DNA of 64,000 bases. Source: a virus. The stretch covers positions 1 through 64,000 of IMG/VR virus record IMGVR_UViG_3300036770_008028; one strand, given 5' to 3'. Each line of letters begins with the position of its first letter. The stretch's first letter is position 1. Positions 9,265 through 19,302 of this stretch are shown in pieces. Both the position numbers and the translations under genes were made by a program. The notes beneath the pieces are model-generated. The model was given only the letters and a program-made list of their open reading frames with translations. It searched no databases and was not told the origin of the DNA.

Positions 9265-9765
9265 TCACGTTTTTGGAATATCGCTGTCTCTCTGCAGCAG
9301 ATGTCGCAGCAGTTCGTTACGATCTAACACATGACCCTGGGCTGTGGGTACCGAAGGATCTTCGGAGCCACCTTCGCGATCCAGTTTGAGTTTCTTCATC
9401 TGCAGATCGATCATCTTGAGTTTCTTGTTCATCTTGGCTGTCTTGGCCGTGATGGCATGGCCCAGCATCTGGCTGGCCACGGCAAATATCTCCGAGGCAT
9501 ATCGGCTGTCCACGTTCATGCCCAGATCCATGAGATTGTCAAACTCTCGAGAAGCCTTGGCGGCCAAGTCATCCATCTCTTGATCTGATGCATCTAGTCC
9601 GCGGACTGCTGGGAGGGCTGCTTCGATCTTGTCAAGAGCAACCAGAGTCTCTGGCAGGACGGGCAACTGCGACGCATCGCTGCCAGTCTGGTCGTCAGAG
9701 TCGGTGATTTCTGTATCATCTTCTGTGCGCGGTAGATCGAACAATTCTTCGAGGCGTTTTGTCAT
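9265..9765 (-). CDS. Putative terminase small subunit (gp16-like)
   Basis: Helical protein with D.GMNV...ASEIF.VA..ML..AI.AK pattern; beside gp4-like gene. Confidence 0.45.
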   Translation of the reverse strand: MTKRLEELFDLPRTEDDTEITDSDDQTGSDASQLPVLPETLVALDKIEAALPAVRGLDASDQEMDDLAAKASREFDNLMDLGMNVDSRYASEIFAVASQMLGHAITAKTAKMNKKLKMIDLQMKKLKLDREGGSEDPSVPTAQGHVLDRNELLRHLLQRDSDIPKT

Positions 9766-9778
9766 GCGGTATTTACCG

Positions 9779-10210
9779 CTATTTTGCACCGTTTCGGAAG
9801 ATATCGTCTTCTGTAATCACCCGGAAAGTGAGTCCTTGACGGCGGCACCATTTGGTCGCAGCATCCCATTTAGCGTAGTTCACGGCCACTATGGCCCGAT
9901 CGCGGGCCGTGGCCTTGCTTTCGATCACGCTCTGCTTCTTGGGTTTGATTTCTATAACCTCGGCACGCAGGGTGTTGTCACGATTGCGATAGGTTATCAG
10001 GAAATCCGGCACATAGTTGGTCATCTTGCCCGTGAGCGGATGTCGATAAGGTATCACAATGCTTTCTGATGCCCACTGCATGATGTTGTTGTTGGTATCA
10101 CAGAATCTCATGAACGCATGCTCCCAGCCAGAGCGATACCTGGGTTCCCGTTTACCTACGTATTTGTTAGGGTTAGTGATACGATAAATGCCCTGCGCAA
10201 ACTTGCTCAT
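9779..10210 (-). CDS. Head completion nuclease (T4 gp4-like, TnsA N-terminal PD-(D/E)xK fold)
   Basis: NPNKYVG, YRSGWE, WASE, Y.PDF, EIKPKKQ, NYAKW.AA. Confidence 0.85.
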   Translation of the reverse strand: MSKFAQGIYRITNPNKYVGKREPRYRSGWEHAFMRFCDTNNNIMQWASESIVIPYRHPLTGKMTNYVPDFLITYRNRDNTLRAEVIEIKPKKQSVIESKATARDRAIVAVNYAKWDAATKWCRRQGLTFRVITEDDIFRNGAK

Positions 10211-10566
10211 GGTAACACATTGCGTGCGGTGTAGAAGTTGGGTGTGACCGCGGCATTCACTCCCAGCAAGGTAGTGTTGCTGCGGAGACCATTGAGATAG
10301 TAGGCCAAGGTAGCCGTGAGTTGGATCTGATCCATGTCCTGTATCTCTGACAGCAGGGTCAGCACATCTGTGCGCGTCTCTTGGGCCACACGGAACAAGG
10401 TAGTGGTGAAATTTTCAGCAGCGTCTTTGGTAGCAAACACCGATTCAAAATAACCGTTGACGATGTCGTAGGTATTAGCGTCTACTTCAACGGCAAAATC
10501 ATAGAATTCATCGAACACCCTGACGGTGAGATCCACTGCGGGGTTGATAGCATTTACAGTGCCCAT
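10207..10566 (-). CDS. Hypothetical tail-region protein
   Basis: Translationally coupled ORF in the tail operon. Confidence 0.65.
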   Translation of the reverse strand: MGTVNAINPAVDLTVRVFDEFYDFAVEVDANTYDIVNGYFESVFATKDAAENFTTTLFRVAQETRTDVLTLLSEIQDMDQIQLTATLAYYLNGLRSNTTLLGVNAAVTPNFYTARNVLP

Positions 10567-11729
10567 TATAAGCTGGATCCTCGAGGTGGTGTTGGAAAGA
10601 TTGGTCCAAAAGGCCGGGTGTTTATGGCAGACTGCACGCCGGCCTGATTTCGTACCTGGCCCGGAATGGTATTGCGTAAAACATCCTTGACCGCGGCATT
10701 GGCTTCTTCATTGGCGATGGCTTTGAGATCCTTGCCTTTGAAGGTCTGGTATACCGTGCCGGCTTTTTGTACCGCGCCAATCAGGCTGCCCACGGTACCG
10801 CTTTGGAGATCTTCGTAGATGCCGATGCCGGCATCCAAGAGTCCGCCCTGTCCCAGTATGCTCTGTGTGCCTCCGGGTCGATTCAATGGACTCTGTACCT
10901 GATCGTAGTGTTCGGGGCTGGCAAAACCCTGCACGTTGGTATCAGGTCTGCTGCTGCCAATGGCACCAGAGTAATATTTCACAGTTTCGTAGCGTATGGT
11001 CATGATGTTGGTCATGATACCATTGCCTTGGTAATAATCATACTGATCATGATTCCAATCAGTGATCATGGGATTGATCAACACATACTCCACAAATTTG
11101 TGTTGATTGAATCCATAGATAGATATATCTTTGAAGAACGGGGGTTTACCTCCGGTGCCGCTGGGTCCAGAGGTACCATTGGCGCTGTCTTCGTAGCTTT
11201 CTCCTATGTAGCCCCAGTCGTTGACATATCTATCGGCCGAGTAAATATCTCGATTATTGTAACTGAATCCCGCTGTGCGATTGGCATTTACACCATTCGC
11301 ACCGTTCATGGCAGATTGTCCACGATAGGGCTGGCTGGGATCTTTGTAGTAATAGGCATAGTAGTTGTACCATAGCGTGCGCACGAGGTCCCCTCCGTCG
11401 TCGTGCAGTGTGGCTCGCACAGGTTGATAGTTGATTTTTTTCTGTACCAGACGTTTGCGATTGTACTGATTGAGAACTTCCACATCTATATCGTACTTGG
11501 GTAGTTCTATGTCTTTGACCAAGAGTCCTATGGTACTGGTGTCGTTGTTGCCAAAAACCTGACGCAGGGCCGGAATGTCACTGTTGATATTGAAGTACAC
11601 ATGGAATAGGAATTTGAACCGCGGCGAGTTTTCGTAACCGTTGGTACGAAAAGTCTTGCTCGCATGGGTGTAATCTTTGAGATAGTCATTCCCAAAGAAG
11701 GTTTTGAGGAAATCCTGCCCAAAGGCCAT
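10566..11729 (-). CDS. Tail tube-like protein (gp19/gp54-like)
   Basis: VKDIELPKY, NQYNRKR, YQPV..TLHDD, LINPMI..W.HD.YDY. Confidence 0.65.
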   Translation of the reverse strand: MAFGQDFLKTFFGNDYLKDYTHASKTFRTNGYENSPRFKFLFHVYFNINSDIPALRQVFGNNDTSTIGLLVKDIELPKYDIDVEVLNQYNRKRLVQKKINYQPVRATLHDDGGDLVRTLWYNYYAYYYKDPSQPYRGQSAMNGANGVNANRTAGFSYNNRDIYSADRYVNDWGYIGESYEDSANGTSGPSGTGGKPPFFKDISIYGFNQHKFVEYVLINPMITDWNHDQYDYYQGNGIMTNIMTIRYETVKYYSGAIGSSRPDTNVQGFASPEHYDQVQSPLNRPGGTQSILGQGGLLDAGIGIYEDLQSGTVGSLIGAVQKAGTVYQTFKGKDLKAIANEEANAAVKDVLRNTIPGQVRNQAGVQSAINTRPFGPIFPTPPRGSSL

Positions 11730-11736
11730 GGAAGGA

Positions 11737-12354
11737 TTATCCTGTGATCACGTCGTTGACAGTTCTCGCGACCTGAGAGCCAACACCTGACCCCAGAGGA
11801 GTCTGCACAGCGTTATCGAAACGTATGGACAGTGATATGGTCATTGGACCTGAATCGCCATAGTTGGCATCGTTGTAGTTGGCTGACTGGAGATAGCATC
11901 CATACAGTTCCCATGTTTCCAGCACGTTGGGAGTGGCGGCACCGTTGCCACCATCCAGCACTTCAAATCTGGTCTGGAATTTGTAGTCTATGCCCGAAGC
12001 GGCGGAAGCCTGTTCCATGAAGTCCAATTGCTTCTGCAGTTGTTCGCCCACCAGGCGTGTGACCTGGCCCGAAGCATCATCACGTAGGTTGGCTGTGACC
12101 ATCTCCCAGGTGTACTTGCCTGCGAGATACAAGCGGCTGTTGTAGATCTCGATGGGCACATCTTCGAAACTGACCGACGGTCGGGTAAAATCGATGACCT
12201 GCTTGGTGAGCTCGGTTCTTGGTGTGCTCACACCAAAGTTTTCGAATACCACCCGGAAGCGGTATTTCATCTTGGGCATGAGCAGGCCTTGGTTTGGATT
12301 GCTCTGATCGCTTGCCAAAGGCACCGTCATTCTTGTGAGTGATGAAACGGCCAT
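11737..12354 (-). CDS. Tail tube protein (gp19-like)
   Basis: PK.KYRFRV, RPSVSF, YLAGKYTWE, WELYGC, IRFDNA; follows the sheath gene. Confidence 0.85.
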   Translation of the reverse strand: MAVSSLTRMTVPLASDQSNPNQGLLMPKMKYRFRVVFENFGVSTPRTELTKQVIDFTRPSVSFEDVPIEIYNSRLYLAGKYTWEMVTANLRDDASGQVTRLVGEQLQKQLDFMEQASAASGIDYKFQTRFEVLDGGNGAATPNVLETWELYGCYLQSANYNDANYGDSGPMTISLSIRFDNAVQTPLGSGVGSQVARTVNDVITG

Positions 12355-12397
12355 GTTTGTGTTCTCCTATATGCAATTATTTATGTCCTCTGAGGTC

Positions 12398-12426
12398 AAA
12401 AAAAATGGGGGTCGAAACCCCCATTT
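12398..12426 (-). terminator. Intrinsic terminator after the sheath gene
   Basis: Minus strand AAATGGGGGT-TTCG-ACCCCCATTT followed by a T run. Confidence 0.85.
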
Positions 12427-12444
12427 CCTGTTCTAGCGGTGCCG

Positions 12445-15400
12445 TTACACGGTGGCCGACGAAGCGACTTGACCGGCTGCGATCTCACCAGTGTTCTTGA
12501 TCCTCAACGGGATGTAGATGAACTCAATGGCCTTCACGGGCTCGATAGCGATGTCCACATACAGTTCGTTGCGATCAATGCGTGCTGGAGTATTGTTTGA
12601 TTCATCACACACCACCAGGTAATCATAGATACCACGTTTGGCCACAAGATCAATCATCAAGCCGTCAATGGCGTTGGTGATTTCGTTGCGTGTGATCTGG
12701 TCATTGGGCTCGAACACAAATGTTTTGCCAATCTCGTCCAGTCTTCCACGTATAAACGCGATCAGGCGTGCGACGTTGATGCGATCCAGGGCACTGGCAG
12801 TACCTGCTTCTGTCTTATTGCCATAGTTGGTGATGCCTACTCCGGGAATAAAGGTGATCGGATTGATACGATTGGTATACAGAACATCGCGAATTCCTTG
12901 TCCGGTGGCAATGGTTTCAAACTCTCCGGTCTGGCCATTGACGTAACCCAAACGCTCGGCGTTGTCAATCACACCACGGCGCACACCTGCTGGTGCCAAC
13001 CAGGGAAAGGCAACTTCGTCGTTGCGGATGATGGTACGCACCATCATGTGGCTGGGAGGTTGCACCACGGGCGAACCCGATAGGTCTGTGGTCTGGCAGG
13101 AAGGATAGAATGTGGCCAGATACACGTCACTCGTGACCAGTCCATCCTCGCTGTCTGCGCCTGCTGCGGCTGCATTGGTAGCCCAGGCAGTGATGGCATC
13201 ACCAGTGGGCGGCAAACGCAAAGGCGTGTCACCAACTACGAAACCGGTGTTGTCTCTCTCGTTGTTCAAGGCCACCATGTTGGGGATCAGTTCTGGATAC
13301 TGAGGGCAGGCGATGAGATTGAACTGCACCTGCTCTTCACGCAGGGTGTCTTGGGTATCGATAGCAGATTTCATGGCTGCCACAACGATCTGGCGAACTG
13401 CTTGTCGGCCCATGTAGGGCGAACCATCTGCGCGATTGCCGCTTATGGTTACCCAAGCATTGGTCTCCAGCGGGCTCCAGAACGAAGTATTGCTAGGTGC
13501 GTTTCCGGTGGTAGCAGCGATACACACATACAAAACGGCATTGAAATTAACTTTATCACCCACAGCATATGTGGTCGTGGCTGAATATGATTCAAAATCA
13601 AATGTTGAAGCATTGAAATAGTTGCTTTGGAAGGCTTTGACGTTGAATCCAGATCGGCGTGTGTTGAACAGCAACATGCCTTCCGGAAACAGAGACGCGT
13701 TGGGAGCGTCAATATCCAGATAGTTGCTGGTCAGTAGGCTGGTGATGGTAGGAATGGCTCCGGTCACAGGATCTGTGGTGCCGTTAGGTGCCCAACGTGC
13801 ATCTGCAAACAGGATACCGTTGTCTGTGGTTTGATCTGCGTTGTCAATGGGTACCCATTGCAACACACCATCTACTTCTTGCCAACGATAGATATCTGGA
13901 TACAGTTCCAAGTTGCTGGTGTTTAGCCAGATATCACCTTGTACCAACGGTGTTTCATCGCTCTGCTGTGTGGGAGCCGAAGCCGATACGATAGGACCTG
14001 CTGGATCAGTCTGGGTGAGATTGAACCCACGCACGTCATTGTTCACGGTGCGGTAACCTACGAAACTGCCGTTGTTCTGGATCATGATGTCCACTTCGTC
14101 AATCTCTGAGTAATACCATTGGCGACCGCTGGCAGGGTCTTGATCTGGTTCATTTTCGCTGGCAGTGTATCCTGTGGTACCACCCAATGGCACCCAGTTG
14201 CTGAGTATGAGATCTCCGTCGATACCAGCACGCACGCCTTCTACTGTGGTGTCGATGCCGGCATCATCTATCGGGGTACCAGTTACATCATTTAAAACTA
14301 TCACACCACCAAGGCTGTGTGTGAAAGAAACAGCACCATCAGAGGTTACCGCGGCCGACACAGGAGATCCTGCGGGCAGTGCGGCTGATACTGCTGTGAC
14401 AAACGCAGCGGCAGTGGTTCCCGAAAGCGTGGCAGTCACGGCTGTGGTCAGTGTGCCAGAATTGGCTGCGCTGTACTGGATCGTGAATGAATTACCAGAA
14501 GTGAAAGTTGGAGTGGTGTTGTCGCCAATGATCACTGTGGGTCCAGATACCAAGCGCTCAAACACTTTGAGAGTGAATGTGTTGTTGTACTCATCGCCGG
14601 CATCTTCGGGGCTCACATTGTACTGTGTGTATGTGGTTCCGGCGGCAATGTTACGGCCACCGCCCGACGGATCCAGCGCACGGTTCGCGCTCTGGTCATT
14701 TTCGTACACGGGTGCAGGCTGTGCCACAAACACGCCCAGGGCCGCATCATATCGTTTGATAGAAATATCTGTGCCTTGGTTCACGGGCGAAGTCTGATTC
14801 CAGATCGAGCCAGTGGGGCGACCGCCACCAGTGTCAGTAGTCCTCCAGCGAGGTACTGTGAAGTTTGGACTCTGTTGAAGTTCTGGAGCGAGGTAAGAAG
14901 TAGCAGTCACGCCCAGTGTGGTCAACAGTGCCGAAGTGCTGGCAGCATCGATTACCACGATACCGCCGTCTGCGGACGAACCATCGCTTTCAGCATCGGC
15001 ATCAGCATATAACCACAATTTGTTGCTGGTGCGTGTGAGATTGGTTTCGGCAGTCACTCCCGGAATGGCAGCGGTATTGATGGCAGCCACTAGTCCGGCC
15101 AGGGTATTGTTGGGAGCAGCAGGAACGGCCACCGGAGTGGATCCATTGATTATGATAGTGTGACCAGCAGTGAGAGTGGTGGTCACTGAGTTGGCTCCTT
15201 GCACTGTGGGCCATGAATTTTTCCAGTCATCTGATCCGACCAGCACCCATTCGTTGTCGAGATTCTTGTAATAAACAGGGTTGGCCACATTGGTGGCTAC
15301 CACAGCATAGTCGCCGATGCTGCCAATGTCTTGACTGGGGATACCAGCAGTAAGATTAGTGGTGCTGGTGATCACGATGGGTGTCTGCACTGTAAACGCA

Positions 15401-15861
15401 CCTGTGGTCTGATTCCACTGGAAGATGCCCCAACTGGTAGCAGTGGTATCTAACCACCAAGCACCATCATTGGGTGCGCCTGTGGGACGTGTGAGTGATG
15501 CGGTAAGTTCGGCCAGATCAACATCAGCACGTTGCACATAAGCACGATTGGAAATGCCCAGGGCCGAGTATGCAGCCAACAAGCCATATTCGTTGAGTTC
15601 ATAGCCGTTGATGGGTGTTCCTGCAGAGGTCTTGTAGAAAAACGGATTTCCAAAGGTAGCAGCGAGATCGCGCTGACTGGTTATCAGATAAACACGACCT
15701 GCGTTGGCAGCCAGTGTGCCGGCTGCTACACCTATTCCGGTTCCGGAAATTTTGTTCTGTGCGGTAGCGATTAGAAAATACGGTACCGAGTTGGTCGACG
15801 CAGGAATATAATTCGACTCGTCGATGACGGTTACTTCTACGCCAGGAGATACTAGTGCCAT
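12445..15861 (-). CDS. Tail sheath protein (gp18-like), enlarged
   Basis: MALVSPGVEV..IDES; PWLAPAG.RRG, LY.NRINPI, ALDRINVARL, FVFEPND, PVKAIEFIY. Confidence 0.95.
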   Translation of the reverse strand: MALVSPGVEVTVIDESNYIPASTNSVPYFLIATAQNKISGTGIGVAAGTLAANAGRVYLITSQRDLAATFGNPFFYKTSAGTPINGYELNEYGLLAAYSALGISNRAYVQRADVDLAELTASLTRPTGAPNDGAWWLDTTATSWGIFQWNQTTGAFTVQTPIVITSTTNLTAGIPSQDIGSIGDYAVVATNVANPVYYKNLDNEWVLVGSDDWKNSWPTVQGANSVTTTLTAGHTIIINGSTPVAVPAAPNNTLAGLVAAINTAAIPGVTAETNLTRTSNKLWLYADADAESDGSSADGGIVVIDAASTSALLTTLGVTATSYLAPELQQSPNFTVPRWRTTDTGGGRPTGSIWNQTSPVNQGTDISIKRYDAALGVFVAQPAPVYENDQSANRALDPSGGGRNIAAGTTYTQYNVSPEDAGDEYNNTFTLKVFERLVSGPTVIIGDNTTPTFTSGNSFTIQYSAANSGTLTTAVTATLSGTTAAAFVTAVSAALPAGSPVSAAVTSDGAVSFTHSLGGVIVLNDVTGTPIDDAGIDTTVEGVRAGIDGDLILSNWVPLGGTTGYTASENEPDQDPASGRQWYYSEIDEVDIMIQNNGSFVGYRTVNNDVRGFNLTQTDPAGPIVSASAPTQQSDETPLVQGDIWLNTSNLELYPDIYRWQEVDGVLQWVPIDNADQTTDNGILFADARWAPNGTTDPVTGAIPTITSLLTSNYLDIDAPNASLFPEGMLLFNTRRSGFNVKAFQSNYFNASTFDFESYSATTTYAVGDKVNFNAVLYVCIAATTGNAPSNTSFWSPLETNAWVTISGNRADGSPYMGRQAVRQIVVAAMKSAIDTQDTLREEQVQFNLIACPQYPELIPNMVALNNERDNTGFVVGDTPLRLPPTGDAITAWATNAAAAGADSEDGLVTSDVYLATFYPSCQTTDLSGSPVVQPPSHMMVRTIIRNDEVAFPWLAPAGVRRGVIDNAERLGYVNGQTGEFETIATGQGIRDVLYTNRINPITFIPGVGITNYGNKTEAGTASALDRINVARLIAFIRGRLDEIGKTFVFEPNDQITRNEITNAIDGLMIDLVAKRGIYDYLVVCDESNNTPARIDRNELYVDIAIEPVKAIEFIYIPLRIKNTGEIAAGQVASSATV

Positions 15862-15961
15862 GGTTGCATCCTTCTTAATTGGTTACGAATATTTAGTGGC
15901 AACTCCAAAAGAACCGGGTTTAGAGGTGCCTTAATTAAGGCCTGCTGGCATAAGTACTCAT

Positions 15962-16306
15962 ATGAGACCGCTATGCAAGGTCTGCGGCAAGAACGCCGCA
16001 GCGATCAACGGATATCACAATGACAAAGTGTACTATCGCAGTCGATGTAATGCCTGCATACGACGAGGTAAGAAACTCAAACCTCGTCCGCCGCGTTGGA
16101 CAGCATCAGGCTACAAAAAGAAAACCGCATGCGATCGCTGCGGTTTCCATGCAAGACACACCAGCCAACTAGTGGTATATCATGTCAACGGAGATCTCAA
16201 TGACAGCGAACTGCGCAATCTCAAAACAGTTTGTCTGAATTGCATAGCAGAAATCACGCGGCTGGATCTTCCTTGGCGGCGCGGAGATCTCGAACCAGAT
16301 CGTTGA
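15962..16306 (+). CDS. Zinc-ribbon / degenerate HNH-like protein
   Basis: CKVC, CNAC, CDRC, YHVNGD...NLKTVCLNC. Confidence 0.65.
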   Translation: MRPLCKVCGKNAAAINGYHNDKVYYRSRCNACIRRGKKLKPRPPRWTASGYKKKTACDRCGFHARHTSQLVVYHVNGDLNDSELRNLKTVCLNCIAEITRLDLPWRRGDLEPDR

Positions 16307-16886
16307 TCTGCTGATAGAGTTCGTCCAGCGACCCGTCATTGTTGACGATACGATCAAAATCTGTGCCGGCCCAGGCCCATTCACTGGCGTGTGGCAATTC
16401 GGCGGGCTGAGGTGCTTGACCAGCAAAATACTGTTGCACTTGCTGGAACCACGCAGGATCTTCACCGCGCACTACCCTGATCACTATGCCTCCCTGGGCA
16501 CGGATGGCCTGTATTTCGTTGGGGAAACGGCAATCAGAGATCACGATGTCATCGGCACTCTTGCGCAGTTTGTTTTCCAGGCTAGCGATCCAGATGTCGT
16601 CATGGAAACCGTTGCGGCATACTTCTGTGCCCCAGTATTGTAGTATCCAACGTGGAGTGATGGTCTGATCTAGCCGCTCACTCCACCACTCGTCGGGCTG
16701 CTCGCGCCATTCTCTGCTGCTACGAGTACGGCCTTCCAGCATGTCTCGGTCCCATCCAAACACTGCGCTCACGGCATCTTTCAGCGTGGCAGCGAACGAA
16801 TCTCTACGGAACTCATGTATGTTCACAAGATAGTCCGCGATGGTGTCTTTGCCCGAGCCAATCAGGCCGCACACTCCTATGATCAT
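16254..16886 (-). CDS. Deoxynucleoside monophosphate kinase (gp1-like)
   Basis: MIIGVCGLIGSGKDT P-loop, FA..LKD, LQ.WGTE, ISDCRFPNE, HASE. Confidence 0.9.
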   Translation of the reverse strand: MIIGVCGLIGSGKDTIADYLVNIHEFRRDSFAATLKDAVSAVFGWDRDMLEGRTRSSREWREQPDEWWSERLDQTITPRWILQYWGTEVCRNGFHDDIWIASLENKLRKSADDIVISDCRFPNEIQAIRAQGGIVIRVVRGEDPAWFQQVQQYFAGQAPQPAELPHASEWAWAGTDFDRIVNNDGSLDELYQQINDLVRDLRAAKEDPAA

Positions 16887-17638
16887 GTTGCTTTCCAGTG
16901 ATTCAATCGACGGAGAAGGTACTGTGCTAACTTCAAATGTGCTTCGGGTCCTGGGTGTCCGTAATCTCCGTACACGTCTGCATCCACCGGTTCTAATCCT
17001 TGATCTAGTGCCCAAGGCAAGAAAGCAAATTTCCACGGGTCAATGAAATTTGCGTCAGACAACAAATAATTGTAAAATGGCGAAATAAATTTATCGTTGC
17101 AATCAACAGCCGGATGCGCAGGCCAGAGGTCTGCGTTGTTCCAGATCAGATATTTCAGTCTATGTTGTCGGCAGAACGCAGAAAACATCGCCAAATCTAC
17201 TAGAAGTTCTGTGACCTGGCTTTCTTTACTCTGCCATAAAAGATGCTGTTTATACCAGTCTCTTACCGCGCGATCGGTGTATTCACATTCTTTTTCGATA
17301 TCTCCGGTATAGTAATCTTGCTTTTTGCCCCATATTCTCTGTGCAGTATAAATCGGATGAAAATGTCCATCGGTGTCTACGGCGGGAATTTCAGGTTGCC
17401 ATAATTCTGTGCGGAAGATAAAAGACAGTCCAATCAACACCAGGATATTTCCATCAGTGTGCGTGGTTAAGTCAATTAAATCTCTTAGACTGGAGCGAAT
17501 AATTCTACGATTACAACTACCTTCTATATGTTTGTTGATCAAGTGAGCGCCAAAATGGTCGGCGATCGCCGAGCCGTAACAGGTCGACGGCTTCCCTATC
17601 GGCAGTCCAAAACTGCAGCCATTTGCGTAAACTATCAT
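16883..17638 (-). CDS. Hypothetical protein with SGNH-like motifs
   Basis: YANGCSF, GSCNRRI.R, GHPGPEAH. Confidence 0.55.
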   Translation of the reverse strand: MIVYANGCSFGLPIGKPSTCYGSAIADHFGAHLINKHIEGSCNRRIIRSSLRDLIDLTTHTDGNILVLIGLSFIFRTELWQPEIPAVDTDGHFHPIYTAQRIWGKKQDYYTGDIEKECEYTDRAVRDWYKQHLLWQSKESQVTELLVDLAMFSAFCRQHRLKYLIWNNADLWPAHPAVDCNDKFISPFYNYLLSDANFIDPWKFAFLPWALDQGLEPVDADVYGDYGHPGPEAHLKLAQYLLRRLNHWKAT

Positions 17639-18165
17639 ACCAACTCCTTGACTTTGAGATATTCCAGACTGTTCCACAGCAACAAGATCTGCCTACGGCA
17701 GTCTTCCAGGGCATGATGGCTGGCCGGATATTTGTTGAGATCGGGACAAAGGCTGTACACAGTCCTTGCGTCTCTCACATTGTAGTACTGCCATGGCAGC
17801 ACGATGTTATGACTTTTGTAAGCATGCTCCAGGATGTTCATATCAAAAGTTGGCCCGTTGGCCCAGGTGCGTTTACACTGCCAGGTCAGACGATGCAGTT
17901 CTTCCAGAGCCTGCCGGAGAGGAATACGGCCTTCGGGGCTGAATGCTTCTTCCTGTGCCTCTCGAGGTTGCGTGGCCCACCAATCTATGGTGCCTTGGCT
18001 GACGTTGCGATCGGGCTGGCTATCTGGATCCACCCGAGCATAGTACCAGCGATCACTGTATTCCTCGGTGCGTTGCAAAGGATCAAAAGTCTGGGCGGCG
18101 ATCGTGAGTATGCAGGCATCCACTCCGGTACCGCAGGTTTCGATGTCTATCATGATGTCAGCCAT
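17635..18165 (-). CDS. 3'-5' exonuclease, DEDDh family (DexA/Rv2179c-like)
   Basis: IMIDIET, WANGPTFD, VRDART, HHALEDC. Confidence 0.85.
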   Translation of the reverse strand: MADIMIDIETCGTGVDACILTIAAQTFDPLQRTEEYSDRWYYARVDPDSQPDRNVSQGTIDWWATQPREAQEEAFSPEGRIPLRQALEELHRLTWQCKRTWANGPTFDMNILEHAYKSHNIVLPWQYYNVRDARTVYSLCPDLNKYPASHHALEDCRRQILLLWNSLEYLKVKELV

Positions 18166-18171
18166 ACTAGA

Positions 18172-18201
18172 AGTATAGCACATCGCACTGCGGACGGTCT
18201 A
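18172..18201 (-). promoter_or_regulatory. Possible sigma70-type promoter for the exonuclease gene (leaderless)
   Basis: TAGACC-N18-TATACT with extended TG; ATG 6 nt downstream. Confidence 0.45.
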
Positions 18202-18477
18202 GCGGTATTTGTTCAGGCGAGCAGAAAGTTTGCTCAAAGGATTGATCTTTTTGGTGCGTTTGGTCCTGCGTGCCTGGCGCACCTTGGTCCTGGCACGGGT
18301 TCGTTTCATGCGTTGCATCTGGGCCACATCTGGCGCTTGTCCGCAATCTCGGATATCGGGCACAGTGCGATTTTTCCTAGGGCCACTTTCACAGCGCCAA
18401 CTGAGGGTGACTCGGCCAGTGCGGGGGTTTCGCTTGAATACCAAACGATGTTCTGTGACGAATTCCCAGGCTCGCAT
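18199..18477 (-). CDS. Small basic protein with capsid-targeting-like N-terminus (MRAWEFVTE)
   Basis: R/K-rich; begins just after the gp13 stop. Confidence 0.65.
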   Translation of the reverse strand: MRAWEFVTEHRLVFKRNPRTGRVTLSWRCESGPRKNRTVPDIRDCGQAPDVAQMQRMKRTRARTKVRQARRTKRTKKINPLSKLSARLNKYR

Positions 18478-18479
18478 CT

Positions 18480-19259
18480 CTATCCAATCACCAAGGTCAG
18501 CGGCTGGCTGCCGTCCACGTAGTTCTTGAGATCTTCTATGCACTTGTCCATCATGGCCTGGCCTTCGGCTTTCATGGCCGCACCATTCAGTGTGCCACCG
18601 CCTTGCGGACCAGCGATGGTGGCGAATTTTTCACGGGCTTCGCCGATGATATATTTGGCAGCGCCTACCATGTGATCACGGAACCACTGGCCGATCTGAA
18701 AATCTGAAAGCAGGGTGATCTCGGGACGCAGATTGTAGGTCCATAACAACACCACTTCGCCCGTGCCTCGAGGATCACGGATCAGTTGCAGACGCTTAGT
18801 CACAGGGTTGTAGGTGTAATTGATATAACCACCAAACATGCGGGCGGCCAGTTCTACGTACTGCTGATAGAAGTCATAAGTGGCCATGCCGCCGGCCTGG
18901 TCATAATTCAAGAGATACACATTCAGCGCGGCCTGGCCAAACGGATCAAAAGAGGAGGCGTTGCCGGCAGTGCCAAGACCTATGGTCCTGCGGAAGATCT
19001 GTCGCACAGTGATCACTTCCTGGGGCATGTAGTACTCGTTGACATTGTCGATCAGTTCCAGGAAACTGTAGGATTCTTCATAGGCGTTCTGGCCGCGCTG
19101 GCGATACACGCCCAAGGTACGCTGATAAGCGGCTTCGTAGTGGGCGGGATCCAGTTCCAGATCGACGATGGCATCGCCTAGTTGCAGTTGTACATACTCG
19201 ATCAACTGCTTTTTCAGCGGATCTAGACTGTCATTGAGGGGGTTCTGACCATTTGCCAT
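18480..19259 (-). CDS. Neck protein (gp13-like)
   Basis: LGDAIVDLELD, GEAREKF..IAGPQGG.TLNG. Confidence 0.8.
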   Translation of the reverse strand: MANGQNPLNDSLDPLKKQLIEYVQLQLGDAIVDLELDPAHYEAAYQRTLGVYRQRGQNAYEESYSFLELIDNVNEYYMPQEVITVRQIFRRTIGLGTAGNASSFDPFGQAALNVYLLNYDQAGGMATYDFYQQYVELAARMFGGYINYTYNPVTKRLQLIRDPRGTGEVVLLWTYNLRPEITLLSDFQIGQWFRDHMVGAAKYIIGEAREKFATIAGPQGGGTLNGAAMKAEGQAMMDKCIEDLKNYVDGSQPLTLVIG

Positions 19260-19263
19260 ATAA

Positions 19264-19295
19264 GGGCTCCTTGCCAAATATTTAGCAAGGAACCC
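19264..19295 (-). promoter_or_regulatory. RBS-occluding hairpin with late promoter TAAATA at its apex
   Basis: GGGTTCCTTGCTAAA-TA-TTTGGCAAGGAGCCC; 3' arm contains the AAGGAG of gp13. Confidence 0.75.
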
Positions 19296-19302
19296 TGCGC
19301 GA

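Noticed and set aside
17623-18522. 299-aa plus-strand ORF
   Set aside because: Antisense to the clear DEDDh exonuclease and its neighbour; no recognisable motifs
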